DNA from: Podarcis pityusensis
Taxonomy: Eukaryota
Length of the DNA: 64,000 bases
Direction: 5' to 3' (one strand)
NCBI GenBank assembly: GCA_964106645.2
Contig: OZ067047.1
Below, piece after piece: positions 36,937 through 49,297 of the stretch. A model generated the notes under the pieces. That model did no database searches. It saw only the letters and a list, made by a program, of their open reading frames with translations, and had not been told where the DNA came from. Position 1 is the stretch's first letter. Each line of letters opens with the position of its first letter. The position numbers and the translations under genes are program-made.

Positions 36937-37539
36937 ATGAAAATACAATCGAAATGCTCGAAAGACAATGCTAAGCCCAGCACTGGTCTGCAGAGGCAAA
37001 GGTTCAGCCCATGCCTTTTCTACCTGAATAATCTCCTCTTGGCAATTGGCTATGTAGCTCTGCTGCTTTATGCCCTCATCTGGAAAGCTGGGAATATTGT
37101 GGACTCTTCAACCAAAAAAATTGGCTTCTACAACTTCTGCTGGTGGGACCAGGAAGCAGAAAAACTTGAATGCTTCAAGAACTTGGAGAAGGTGGGCATC
37201 AACAGTGTTGCGCTTGTGTTGTCAAGGATCTGTGTGTATTCTACGCCAGTCTTGTGTCTCTTTGTTGCCACTACAGTTTTGCAAGCCCTGTGCTTGAAAG
37301 ACAGAGATGGATTCAAACTGGCCCGCACTCTTTTGGCCATTGGCAGCTTGATGTTGCCCGTTGGTCTCGCTTTGTTCATCTTCCACACTGAGCCATGGAT
37401 AAGGGTCTCTGAATTTGGCGAAGTTTTTGTAGCCCTGGCTGGGGCTCACATTTTGATGCTACTCCACTTGATCTTTATTGTCCTGTTCCTTGCACATTGC
37501 AAGGATGCTCTACCCAAAGGACAAATCTTTCCTGTGTAA
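36937..37539 (+). CDS. TMEM140: Transmembrane protein 140 (200 aa, single coding exon)
   Basis: Acceptor ctaccag at 36927, ATG at 36937; YALIWKAGN..D....IGFYNFCWW signature; four hydrophobic segments; position between AGBL3 and CYREN. Confidence 0.93.
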   Translation: MKIQSKCSKDNAKPSTGLQRQRFSPCLFYLNNLLLAIGYVALLLYALIWKAGNIVDSSTKKIGFYNFCWWDQEAEKLECFKNLEKVGINSVALVLSRICVYSTPVLCLFVATTVLQALCLKDRDGFKLARTLLAIGSLMLPVGLALFIFHTEPWIRVSEFGEVFVALAGAHILMLLHLIFIVLFLAHCKDALPKGQIFPV

Positions 37540-39086
37540 ATATGTGAAGTTCCTGCCTGGGATACCAAATGCTGTAGTGGATTTAAAAGATAAGTGGATC
37601 CAGTGACCCTGGTGCCTTTCCAAACCCTCACATGAATGAAGAGCGTGTTGGGGGGAAGAGTTGGCACTCCTAGCACACAGATATTTCTCTCTCTATCTTA
37701 AGTGCCGGGGGAGGGAGGGAGAGATTGCAATGATTGCTGCCCTCTTCAATCAAGCACTCATTTAGGTGTGATCAAGTACATGGCTCTTTAAAAGTCAGCA
37801 GTAGCTAACTGCTGCTTGGCAGTATTGGAATTTTGCTGGGCATCCAAACTGTTTTGAACAAATTATCGCTAGAAGATAAGCTAGTAATACAGGTATCTCA
37901 CAAGTAATGGTTTGACTTACAAGCCTAGTCATCATTTGTGGTCATCAATTGCCCCATCCTCTGGCACATGCAGAGGGGCAGTTTTCTCATCTGTGTTGAG
38001 GTTTAGAGAAAGTAAAGTACAGCATGAGTCACTCACTGCTTTGAAGAGAATTATCCTGCTGCTGCTTTTCTCCAAACTTGTAATGCAAGCAAAAACTTGA
38101 GGATGGAGTGATCCTCATGCTGTTCTACCACTACCATGCTTATGTTGCACGAATTTTGGGTTTTGTTTTTTCAAAAAAAGTGATATACAGTGTTCTTTTA
38201 CAACTTTTGTATTGATCAAAGGCGTTTAAAGTTGGACGTGGTTGTGTATTTTCTAGCTTTCAACCAAAGACAGGTTCAATGAACAGGAGTCAGGATTACT
38301 TCACTTCCCTGTGTATAGATGGCTGCTAATATTCCATTTATTCATGCCATCAAACAAACGCAACGGTGCAGGGGGCTGCTGCTTCTTTTATGCTTGGGGT
38401 GGGGACCCTGCAGCCCTCCTGGTGCTGTCGGGACTGCCAGCGCACAGCATGGTTAATAGGAGGGACTACAGGAATCTTACTCCAGGGTCACAGCCCCCCA
38501 TCTCTGCCATGTGCAAGATTCCTGGTTTCCTTTGTATTTAGTTGTTTTCAAAACAATTCATTTAAGTATGGTTGAACACACATTGCAGACACCTAGCTGC
38601 TGCTGCTATCATGAGAATACTGATAGTGACTGATAAAAGTGGGAGCGTTCTCTAATTATATAGGCTGATGCGTAGCCAGATTGCTATGTGATGCTGGGAG
38701 GTTTTTCTTTTCCTTCAGTTCCAAGTGTAAACAAAGCATTTTGGGAAGCTTAACATTATACAATTGTAGCCAAAGAATATTTTTTCAAGTGTCTTGTGGC
38801 CAAACCCAAGTCTTTGTTACTTATACAAGAAATACTGAAATTAAAGGTTTGTTAAACACTACTCTGTTGTGACTGATTAACAACAGAACAAATATCCATT
38901 GGAAACATTTTATCTTATCTACCAGTTCTGTGCCCATTTGAAAAAAAAACACCTTTTTTTTTAAGTGCTTCACCAACATTAGCTTAGCAATCCTTACACA
39001 ACAGGGATGGACAACAGATCGTCTGACCTTCATGTGTCCAAATTGCCAGTGTCTCAAATAAGGCATTATCTGCTCATGGTTTAACG

Positions 39087-39329
39087 TTAAGTAAAGAAGA
39101 TCTCCCGGACATATTTTAAGGCATCCTCCTCCTCCTCTTCCTCAGATTTGGTCTTCTCAATGCAGCCTAAAGCCTCCAACTCCTTTGGGGGTTTGGATCC
39201 AACACTGGGGGTTCTTCTGCCTTGCTGGCTGCCACTAACTGAACTGCAGAGAGGATTTTCCAGCACTTGCTGAGGCCCTTGGGACTCATCTTCTGACGAA
39301 GTCATCTCGGCTTCCTTGGCCTTGCAATT
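39087..39329 (-). CDS. CYREN: CYREN last coding exon with acidic tract and XLF-like motif (EEEEEDALKYVREIFFT*)
   Basis: tgctag acceptor; C-terminus matches recalled human EEEEEDVLKYVREIFFS. Confidence 0.93.
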   Translation of the reverse strand, partial: NCKAKEAEMTSSEDESQGPQQVLENPLCSSVSGSQQGRRTPSVGSKPPKELEALGCIEKTKSEEEEEEDALKYVREIFFT

Positions 39330-40183
39330 CTAGCAAATAAAAGAATAATGTTAAGTACACATTTCTGCATGTTAAGTAGCAATCTCTTAAGAGAGAACCT
39401 CCATCCAGCACGTGGGCCAAATTTGGGCCATCAGACCATTTCCCCTAAACCACATCTGATGTCCAGTGTGGGGGAGTTGGAGTCGCAGCTAGATCAGCTG
39501 CTTTTGCACCTGAAACCAGGACTGACCTCCCTGCACAACAGTTGATTCATGGTCAATCTTGCTTAGTTCAGGTGTGCAAAAGTGTTACCTTGCAGGGAAC
39601 TATTGCATACCTAAACTCTACAGAAAGCAAAATTGACCTTCCCTGAGCATCAACTGATGCATGGGGAGTGCCAATCTGTGTTGGTCAATATCTCACCCCA
39701 CTGATGTGGGCAATATGTTGTCATTACAAATATTTTTAAAAATAATGGTGACAGGTGGATGGCCACACTCTCCTGTCAAAGTTGGCCTGCAAAAGGGCAG
39801 GGAGCTAAAAATGGAGGTCAAAAAAGTTTATTCACTCCCATCTTCAGGGTACATAGTTGCCAAGAATGTAATATTATGTGAAGCCCAGGGAAGTAGGAAT
39901 ACATGCTCATTGTGAATGATGAGAGTCCATTTAAAATCCTAGTCCCTCTCTTCAAAATTGCAAGTGATTCTCCATGGCCAAAGAAACACGCTGGAATCAC
40001 TGCTGTGTTTCTCAGAGAAGGGGACACAGCAAATATAAACTACGCTTCAGTCACAATGTAATTCTCTGTCCTCAGCCAGTTCTACTGAGAGAGGGATTAA
40101 CAGAAGAGGGTCAACCAAAAATCATCAGATGGAGTGAAGGTGCAAATACCCACAACTGGGATAACATGCCCCTAAGTGCTCAC

Positions 40184-40250
40184 CTCGGCCATAATGCAAA
40201 GAGCTGCATCTACTAGCTCAGCTTCATTCATACAATAAATAGTCTCAAAT
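40184..40250 (-). CDS. CYREN: CYREN middle coding exon (FETIYCMNEAELVDAALCIMAE)
   Basis: Conserved YCMNEAE motif; gcag acceptor, gtgagc donor; phases fit. Confidence 0.93.
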
Positions 40251-41094
40251 CTGCAACAACAGCAAAAAAAAAGTTTCATGAAATCTAAAATCAACCAGAC
40301 AGAAGATAGTTTGGAAAGTACATGCTCATACACACCAAAACTTTATTTTCTGCAACCAGACGGTGTTTGCCATTTAGAGATAATAAGGCTGAAAGCAACC
40401 ATGGATGCACAGTAGCGCTATTGCTTTGTAACAGATTTTAGAAAGGAAATGTGTGTGCGTTGGGTGGTGAGGGGAGGTTACAAACTTAACGAACGAAAAC
40501 CTAGAATGGAGCAGGTGAGATGGGACTGGGCCAGACTGCTTCTGCACCAAAACATTTATGAGCAACTGGAACACAAGCAGCACAGCCGACGCCCACAAAT
40601 TCACACAAGACTGCAGGCAAGCTTCCAGCTGAATCGGCATGATCAGTGCTGTTGGCATAGCAACATTGGCACCAAAATCTGCAATAGGTTCTGTTCTGTG
40701 GTGCACTCCCCTCCCTGCCACCTCTATTTAATGCTACCATCACTGGGCACACAACAACTTGAACGTGTTCAAAGTGTATAAGGCAATGCTTTCTAAACCC
40801 ATTAATGATGGAGGGAACAAAAACAAGACTGCCAACGTGCCAGTTATTCTGCCTTTCTTGGGAGCCACCAACATAAAAGATAGCCCATGTTTTATAGAGG
40901 AAACTGCCTTAAACTACGTCAGACCATCTAGCATAGTATCGTCTACATTGGCTAGCAGCAAAATCTCCATGGTTTCGGGGTTCTCCCTGCCCTAACTCAA
41001 CATGACAGGGAGTGAACCTGGGACCTTCTGCCACACCACGGAGCTACAGCCCTTACCATCTACATGCAGACAAAGTCAAACATATAGATGGGAG

Positions 41095-41160
41095 ACTGGG
41101 ATAGCTCAGTTGGTAGAGCACAAGGCTCTTAGTCTCAGGGTCATGGGTTTGAGCCCTACA
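41095..41160 (+). pseudogene. Degenerate tRNA-Lys(CTT)-derived sequence or SINE head
   Basis: GATAGCTCAGTTGGTAGAGCA..GCTCTTAGTCTCAGGGTCATGGGTTTGAGCCC resembles tRNA-Lys; B box mutated and acceptor stem absent. Confidence 0.7.
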
Positions 41161-41238
41161 GAAACTTCTAAGTAGAGGCCAAAGTGAAACCCAACCTTCC
41201 TTCCCTGGGTTAAAAGAAACAACACAAAGGCAACTTAC

Positions 41239-41357
41239 TTTGCCAAAGCTGCCTTCTTCCTTCTCTTTGGCTTCATCCCTGCTTGTTGTGCTGGCTCAGT
41301 CACCCTCTTTGTCATCCACGCTGGGAGGATCCTCTTGGCTGCTTCAGGAGACCCCAT
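41239..41357 (-). CDS. CYREN: CYREN first coding exon with Ku-binding motif (MGSPEAAKRILPAWM...)
   Basis: R-x-L-P-x-W KBM; acceptor 6 nt before the ATG, gtaagt donor; the three exons total 429 nt (142 aa plus stop). Confidence 0.93.
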
Positions 41358-41446
41358 TTCCTTCTGTTCCGGAAGACAGGGAACAGCTTTTACAACATGG
41401 GAACTGAGAATCCCTTTGCAGCAGAGTTAATATTTATTAGGGAATA

Positions 41447-41672
41447 TAGTGGTACCTCGGGTTACATACGCTTCAGGTTACAGACTCCGCTAACCCAGAA
41501 ATAGTGCTTCAGGTTAAGAACTTTGCTTCAGGATAAGTACAGAAATTGGGCTCTGGCGGTGCGGCGGCAGCAGGAGGCCCCATTAGCTAAAGTGGTGCTT
41601 CAGGTTAAGAACAGTTTCAGGTTAAGAACGGACCTCCGGAACGAATTAAGTACTTAACCCGAGGTACCACTG
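41447..41672. mobile_element. Tc1/mariner MITE, family A
   Basis: TA-flanked AGTGGTACCTCGGGTTA...TAACCCGAGGTACCACTG. Confidence 0.9.
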
Positions 41673-42457
41673 TAGTGACTGATCAATCTACAAGAAAGGG
41701 GAGTGAGCTTATATATGGGCTTTCTGATTCTCACGGAATAAGTTATATAATGGCTCATTTCAGTAGTCTACTCATACTAATTTCACGACATCAACAGGAA
41801 GAGAGACAGGCAAACCTAGGAGACACGGAAGAGCCTGGATTATGAAAGTCCAGCAGCTGTTGCTCTGGACAGGGCACAAAGAGGAGCACTAGTTTTATGT
41901 AAAAAGAGAGAGAAGCAAAACACAGCTATTCATGGTTTGCTAAAATTTATAACCCTGTAGCAAGCTCTCAACACTGCTTACAATACACTCACTGTTATAT
42001 TTTTTGTTAACATCCCTGATCAAACCAATTGTACAATACAGTGCAGGCAACTATTAAAAACAACCCAATCAATAGCAACAGCCATCTGCAGCCCGAGAAT
42101 GTCCAGCTAGGGAAACTTGCCTGCAAAGTAGGACTGACAACATACATGTCTATGCAGAAGTCCATCCCATAGGGTTGAATAGTGCTTACTCCCAAGAAAG
42201 TGGGTAAAGGATTGTTGCAGTGGGAGGCAGGATAATGAGAAAGTAAAGCACTGAACATGTTTAGCAAGCATCAGGCCTGTCAAATCCCGTCAGGGGCTGT
42301 GCCACTAGTCCATTTGCTCAAGGAGCACATGGAAAGTTTGCCTGGAGTTGCATTCAATCAGGTCCCGCAAGTTCTCTGGGAAAGGGGAAGAGCTGATCTA
42401 TAACCTCCTCTGAATTTCCTGCATAGATTGTTGTCATGGCAAGACATACCTCTGGAC

Positions 42458-42813
42458 CAGGGGGTGAGGAAACTCAAGCCTGGGGGCTGAAGCTGGCCCT
42501 CCAGGCCTGTCTGGCGCTTGGATCTCTTCCCAGGCAACACCTGTTTCTCCCAAGTTAAATCCATCACTTCACACACACCTTTCGGGGCTGGGGGTGGCTG
42601 GAAGGTGTCCTTGAACTCCGATAATGTCTCTTGCTTGTATGAATTACGGACAAAGAAGTGTGTGAATAAGTGTAGAAACTAGCCTATGGTAAATGTGACA
42701 TCCCTTGCTCTGCCCACTTTTGCCCCCACCCTGCCCACAGCTGGCCTGCGGCCCCTGGAAAGCTGTCCAAAAGGGAATGTGGCCCTTGGGCTGAAAGGGG
42801 TTCTCCATCCCTG
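42458..42813. mobile_element. Non-autonomous hAT element
   Basis: CAGGG...CCCTG termini; 8-bp TSD CTCTGGAC / GTCTGGAC (7 of 8 match). Confidence 0.75.
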
Positions 42814-43379
42814 GTCTGGACTCTTGCCACCCGAGTGCCAATTCCCATGAAAGGTAATCTAGCAGCAGATAAATTTTAGTTATAAGTATGAAGTACATGC
42901 AGTGGCACCATGTTGCAGGCCTGAAGAGAGAGCGGTGGAGACGCTGCTACCTATACAGGCCTGCTGTTTCTAATTATGCTTCAGGGCAGGTCCCACAGGA
43001 TAGAAACACAGAAGCAAAAGAATTATGCAATGTAAAACCCCCTCCCCAATGTAAAACACCCAATGCAGACATGATTTCAGGGCAAATAAACTGTCTTTTC
43101 ATTCACCCCTTATTTGCTCAGATGTCCAAGCGCTCAGTTACTATCAGTGTATAAACAGAGAGAGATCAGTCTACATTCACAGCTCGTATATTCAGTCCTC
43201 AGAGACGGTTCTCAGGTTGCTTAGGTTGGAGGAAAACGGGATGGCGAATACTGTGCTACCACGCTGCGGCCTCTACAACGCAGAGCTTTCCAGAGGTATT
43301 TGGCCGGCAACTTTTTACTAAGGATGTTGACTTGCATGTTTAACAATGCTTACTCCCAGCTAAGCAACGCTGCACCCTC

Positions 43380-43830
43380 AACCTGCTTCACCACAATTCC
43401 CAGGGGCGCGCGTAAGCCGCTCTTTTTAACTTTTGCAAACAACAAAACACTCCTCTAGGAAGAAGCCCCAACATTAAAGCCGGGCCCCGGGGGTTGCTCA
43501 CCTCCTCCGTAGATCACGCTTCTTCCTCTTGCTCGCTCATCCTTGCACCCGACGCCAAGAACTGCAGCCGGGAAGGACTCCCGCCTTCAAGAGCGAGACA
43601 AGCGGCTTCCCCCACCGCGCGCGCGCAAACTTCCCAGGAACGGAGGCCGGAGAGGCGAAAGCCGTCCGAGAACAAGCGTCTCTTCCGCTGCATGTGACCC
43701 GCCGGCTCCACCTCCCTCTCCTTCCATTGGCTGACAACTCCCTGCCTGCAGCCGCCCTCCCGGGCTCCGCCTCCAGCCCGAAGCTGCGTTTCCGAAAGAC
43801 AGCAAAAGCGGGTTGCGCATCCGCTGAAGT
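43380..43830 (-). promoter_or_regulatory. CpG island: CYREN promoter and non-coding exon 1
   Basis: CpG-rich; minus-strand CCAAT 43726-43730; donor gag|gtgagc after 43502. Confidence 0.78.
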
Positions 43831-43941
43831 CTCTGCAGTGCCAACAACAAACCACTCCTGTTTATCTTATGGCAGCTGCATCTACTTAAGTGAAATACTT
43901 TAACCGCTAGAGTAAACTGCTCTTTGAGAGGAAAAGGGGTA

Positions 43942-44291
43942 AAGGTAAAGGGACCCCTGACCATTAGGTCCAGTCGTGGCCGACTCTGGGGTTGTGGCGC
44001 TCATCTCACTTTATTGGCCAAGGGAGCCGGCGTACAGCTTCCGGGTCCTGTGGCCAGCATGACTAAGATGCTTCTGGCAAACCAGAGCAGTGCAAGGAAA
44101 CGCCATTTACCTTCCCGCCGGAGCGGTACCTATTTATCTACTTGCACTGTGACGTGCTTTCGAACTGCTAGGTTGGCAGGAGCAGGGACTGAGCAACGGG
44201 AGCTCACCCCGTTGCAGGGATTAAAACCGCCGACCTTCTAATCAGCAAGCTCTAGGCTCTGTGGTTTAACCAACAGCGCCACCCGCGTCCC
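43942..44291 (-). mobile_element. Sauria SINE, full length
   Basis: Reverse complement of the head and tail; 13-bp TSD AGGAAAAGGGGTA (43929-43941) / AGGAGAAGGGGTA (44293-44305). Confidence 0.93.
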
Positions 44292-44981
44292 TAGGAGAAG
44301 GGGTACAGTTCTTCAAATTTATTAATTCTGTATTCCACCCCTTCACCCTAAGATCTTCACCCAAAGGCTTCCTCAGTGTAAAATGCTTTACAGAAACTTA
44401 AGAGTTCCCCTCCGCATCACCCTGTGATGAAGACCTGTGTTACTCTTCCCATGCACTGCAAAAGGGTTAGGCTAAATGATTCTCGTGGTCCCTGAAGTTT
44501 CTTTTAAAGCCGCAGAAGCAACACACACAGGAAAAATGCAATGAAAACATTTGCTTTTAATAAGAAACACAGGAGCAGACACAGAATACTGTTAAGGTTT
44601 CACACAGGCCCTGTTTTCCATTGGGATCTTTACAAGTCTGTATCGCATACCTCCACAATCCTGGAGGTTTATGGCCATGTGCAGTTGAGGACCCAGAAGG
44701 GGGAAACGGGGCTGGTCGTCACTGGAAAGAGCTTGTAGATCAGTGCATGCCTGCTAAGAGCATCGTTTAATTTAGGGGGAACGGCTGTAACTGAAACTCC
44801 TATCTGGCAGTGGTTTGGCATCAGCTTTAAAAAAGTTTCCAACCTTAGAGGAGAAAGCAACATTAAGACGAGTGGTTTAAACAGCCTCTCCTGCCCAAAA
44901 TAGTCTGAATCTAGATGGCTAATACTGATTTCTCCCCCCCAAAAGTCAACAGTTTGTGCTTTCCTATCAGCACAGTTTCCT

Positions 44982-45146
44982 CTATGACTTCTGTGCAAGT
45001 AAAGTGGTTAGTTTGATCTTTCCATCCATGGAGGCAGTGAGGCAGGTCCCACAATCCATCGCTGTGCACCAGTCCACAGTGACCACCGGGGCCCTGTGGC
45101 CTCCCAGAGAGAGGCAGCTCTCCAGGACCTTGTCGTTACTGTTCAG
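44982..45146 (-). CDS. WDR91: WDR91 exon 15 ([21 protein letters not shown]...LLAQKS*)
   Basis: tttcag acceptor; TAG at 44982-44984. Confidence 0.95.
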   Translation of the reverse strand: MNSNDKVLESCLSLGGHRAPVVTVDWCTAMDCGTCLTASMDGKIKLTTLLAQKS

Positions 45147-46009
45147 CTGAAAGAGAAGAAAGGCAGGCAAACATCAACACTTAGCAAACTTCTGTGATAG
45201 CAATTACTGGCCCCAGTTTGAAATCTAAGAAGTCTAGCTGCACAAACCACACTCATTTTTACCAGAATAGTGCTCTGTAGTTCTACAAAGGAGGTAGCAA
45301 GATTTAGCATAGCCAAATCACTTGAGCTGGACAACTTGAGGGCTGCAATGGATGCCACTAGCATTTTCCCATCATCTTTCACAGGTGAAATCTTTTTCAC
45401 CTACCTGATAAGCAGCTTATGATCCAGGTCATGATCATCTATACTATACACATATTAGGATCTGTGCCCAAATAAAGGACTTTTGCCTAGGCTACCAAGC
45501 AGGGCCAGGACAGAAGTGGGATTTGAGGTTTCTGAGGTCTCTGTCCAAGTCAAATATTGGGCTGTGCTGGTTCTCAAAAGGCGGCGACTAAACTAGAGGG
45601 CATAATGGCTAATATGGGAAGGGGCTCTGAAGGGCAGTATAGAAATCTTGAACTAGCATTGTCAAAGCTTGCAGGGGACATGCAGTAGGTAGAACAGGGA
45701 AGCCCATAACAACACAGCTATATTTAAGGCGAGGAAACCAAGAGGTCAGACACTGGCAAGGCAACCCAAATCTCCTTTGCTGGGGCTGGAGAGTTGAATT
45801 AGGCAGACATGCCCCTCTGCTCAGCCCTGCCAGCCTCCACTGACCTGCTGCCTCCTGCTGCCTGCAGCACGGTACTATACTATTTGTAAAAGTCCTTAAC
45901 AGCTTGGGATCAGTTTACATTTGAGATCGCCTTGCTCCATATGTGCCCACTTAACAACTTCAAGAGGCAGAATTGGTGCCACATAATACCTGTTCTGAAT
46001 TTGTAGGAA

Positions 46010-46330
46010 CTCAGTCTTTTAGTGCGGCTGCACCTACCCTTTGGAACTCCCTGCCTATTGATATCAGGCAGACACCTTCACTGTACTCTTTCTGATGCCT
46101 GCTAAAAGCATTATTGGTTAGACAAGCCTACTCAGATGTTTAGAAAGTTGTTGCAAGTTTTTTTTTTTTTTTAGTCTATTGTTGTTCTAACTTTTTGAAA
46201 GTTTTAAATTACTGTTGTTACTTTTTTTCAGTGATAATTTTATTGGCTTTGGCTTTTTTGTAAACTGCTTTGAAGTTTTTTTTGAAAAAAAAAAATCAAG
46301 CGGTGTATAGACATTACGAAATAAATATAA
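46010..46330 (+). repeat. L2-type LINE 3' fragment (similar tails near 5300-5475 and 54900-55200)
   Basis: GCACCTACCCTTTGGAACTCCCTGCC (APTLWNSLP), T-rich UTR, AATAAA-type tail. Confidence 0.65.
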
Positions 46331-46538
46331 GCATCACTCCATTGGTACCGAACTCTGCCTCCCACCCACTAAACATGAAGGCAGAAATGTCAGCAACAAT
46401 GTCCAGTCACATGCATTGGCGAAACCCACAAGCAGGACGTGACCGCAGTAGCACTCTCCTGCTATTGTTCCCCAGGAGGTATAATGCTACCTCTGATCCT
46501 GGAAGTAACAGATAACCTTTGTGACTAGCAGCCAGTAC

Positions 46539-46736
46539 CTTGTAGATGACACCCCCATTGGAAGAACAGGTCAGCATGTAGTTTCCTTCCGAGTCAAATG
46601 CAAAGAGCCTTCCACGTGGGAACTGGACCTGCTTGTATCCGCTGTAGCCAGACAACACAAAAGGGCCAGTGGCATCTCTGGGAAGAGCGTATTCGGACAC
46701 TTTGGAGCCGCTTTTGTGGATGTTCCACTGAATAAA
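46539..46736 (-). CDS. WDR91: WDR91 exon 14 ([10 protein letters not shown]...GGVIYK)
   Basis: cctag acceptor, gtactg donor. Confidence 0.95.
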
Positions 46737-47169
46737 CTAGGATGGGGAACAAGAGACTCTACGTTAGATGCCAGAAGGAAAACACTTGATCATCTTCATT
46801 CTGCTGTGCAGTGGCATCTGCAGCTGTGGAGACAGAAATGACAGCTGGCAAAAAAACCAGGAAAAACCCAGCCACTGCAGCTTCTGCCTTCAGGACACTA
46901 GCATTTCCTGTCCATGGGGTTTGTGCACCACCTTGCTTGAGAAGGTGCAGCATGCGGCTGGATCCTTTCTGGGTGGCATTATGCAAATCAGATGTCACTG
47001 TCATTAATGGATTCTTAATGTTTTTACCTGAATATGTGGTTATTGACTTTATTTGGCTATTTCACATTCATGGTAAGCTGCTTTGAGACCCCCATGTGCA
47101 GTCAAAGAAGCAGTACGCTGATAAATGCAAAAATAGATTGATACAACCCCACGTCTCCCTAGAACCTAC

Positions 47170-47282
47170 CTTCCCATCTTCTCCAATGCTGTAAACAGCA
47201 TTCTCGTCATAACTGAATTCAACAGAGTAGACTTCCCCATCATGGGCCTTCCAACTCATAGCACATTCATGCTGCTGCATGT
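47170..47282 (-). CDS. WDR91: WDR91 exon 13 ([13 protein letters not shown]...GEDGK)
   Basis: ttcag acceptor, gtaggt donor. Confidence 0.95.
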
Positions 47283-48046
47283 CTGAAAAGGGACATAAAA
47301 GGGGTGGGGAGTTATTTTTAAGTAAGTGTGCTTTTTAAAAATTAACAACAAATCTTCACAGAATTCTAAAGAAGAAGCAGGGGAAAGGCTCCCAAAACTG
47401 TAAAAGGACAGTGTTTCTTCCCTATGTCTGTGTAGTTGGGTGATTAAAGTGGTAGACTAGGACTTAGGAGACCAGGGGCTCAAATCCCCACTAGACCCAT
47501 GAATCTCACTGGGTGATCTTGGGCCAGTCACTGTCTCCCACAGAGAAGAAGGGCTGACCATCTAGTTGGCAAAGGAGCATATTGAAAGCTGCACAGAACA
47601 TTCTGTGTGTGTGCATTTCTTGCTGCACACAATGATTTGCAAAGAAGGGTAAAGGGGTGCTAAAGATACAGCAGCAAGGGCACTCTTCTGTCTCACTCTG
47701 CCCCACATCTCCCTGAATGAGGGCTCTCTGAAGGTGGTGTGGAGGACCAGAGGTGTTGAGAATGCTTTGAGCATGGAAAGAATCCCATCTGTCAAGTGCT
47801 CTCAGCATATCAGCACTTCTGCCTGAAGCATTTGAAATCCTCAGACCGAAAGAGATTAGGATGAATACACCAAGCTATGACATTACAGGCAGGGATAGGG
47901 AACCTCTGGCCCTCCAGATGTTGCATTCTCATGAGCGCCAGCCAGCACGGCCAATGGGCAGGGGTGCTGTGAGCCGCAGTCCAGCCTCAGACGCCCTATT
48001 CTCTGTGTTACAGGAATCTAAGTTGTATTCCCAGCTGGCAATTTAC

Positions 48047-48155
48047 CAAAGAGACGGATTATGCCATCCGCTGCTCCAGTGACCAGCAGATTCCCATTGT
48101 GGTTGAAGGCTGTGCAGTTTATAGCAATGGGCTCAGGTTCAAGAGAAAACTGGAG
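48047..48155 (-). CDS. WDR91: WDR91 exon 12 ([21 protein letters not shown]...IRLF)
   Basis: ctcag acceptor, gtaaat donor. Confidence 0.95.
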
Positions 48156-49297
48156 CTGAGAAAGACAACAAAACAAAATGTTAAAGAGAACTTAGTTAGA
48201 TGTCCTTTGCCCTAGAAACTTTGCTTGTACAGCAGACACACAGGGGAACAATTACTCAGAGCTCTTGGGTTGCTCAACCAAATGGACACTCACTCCATCT
48301 GGGTTTCCCCTCTCCTGTTCAGTTCTGCACCAGAGGGAATTTGGGACATTTTGAGCAATCCAGTCCATCGTCCCCTCAGAGGCTTTCTTGTACCGTTGCC
48401 TCTCACCACAGAAGTCTGAGAACTGTTTCTCACCAGAGAGAAGCTTAAATATAACTCTGGGTAAACAAGGAAGGATATCCTTTCTTATGCTCCTGGGAGA
48501 GAGATGCATAACTTTCTTCAGGCATGTCTCCTTTACATGAAAAATAACTTAAAAATTCTGCCGCAAAATCCTGTGTGGGCACCGACTCTCCCACTTGCCA
48601 GTGGCTGCCGCTACCCATCACGACCAGCACACAGGAATGCAAGAAGACTGGATCCATTCTGAGAGTGTCATTAGTTTATTTTGCTTCCACAAGTGAAGCC
48701 ACACCCTTGAGAAACTGAGGTCCTCTTTGGTTGTGTCTTCCAGCATTAAAAAAATTGCCTGAAACATAGGCAAGATGGGAGGGATCTCATCACAATGGGT
48801 GAATAAGACCAAACTGGAGAAGGAACTCGGCCTAAACCACAAGGAGATGGAAGGGCAGATGCTACAAGTTAGTGGGTGGGGGCAGAGTAGGGGAAGCAGC
48901 AGAGCCCAGAAGAGAAAAACAAAACCAAGCTGATGGCAAGTTAGGAAAGTCACATGAATGGAAAGGAGGACTGACTGTGGAACTATAGAAATGGGGAGTG
49001 GGGTAGGGTGGGGGCACAATTCAGAACACTCCGGACAACTTCAGTGAAAAGCCTAAAAATTCATCCAGAGTTTTTATGACATTATAATATAAGGTGCCAA
49101 CAACAAACATTCACTAGACTGTTCATAACTGGCACAGATAAATATTAAAGCAACTGGGATGCAACATTAATCAGACCCAGCCAGCATTCCCAGGGCTCAG
49201 GGAGTTGTAGACCAACAAAAAGCTGGAGGGCCACAAATTCCCCATCTGTGAACGCTCCCCTTTGCTCTTTGGGCTCAAGGAAACAACACAACCATAC

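Noticed and set aside
41095-41160. Functional tRNA-Lys gene
   Set aside because: Acceptor stem missing, T-arm/B-box and anticodon stem mutated.
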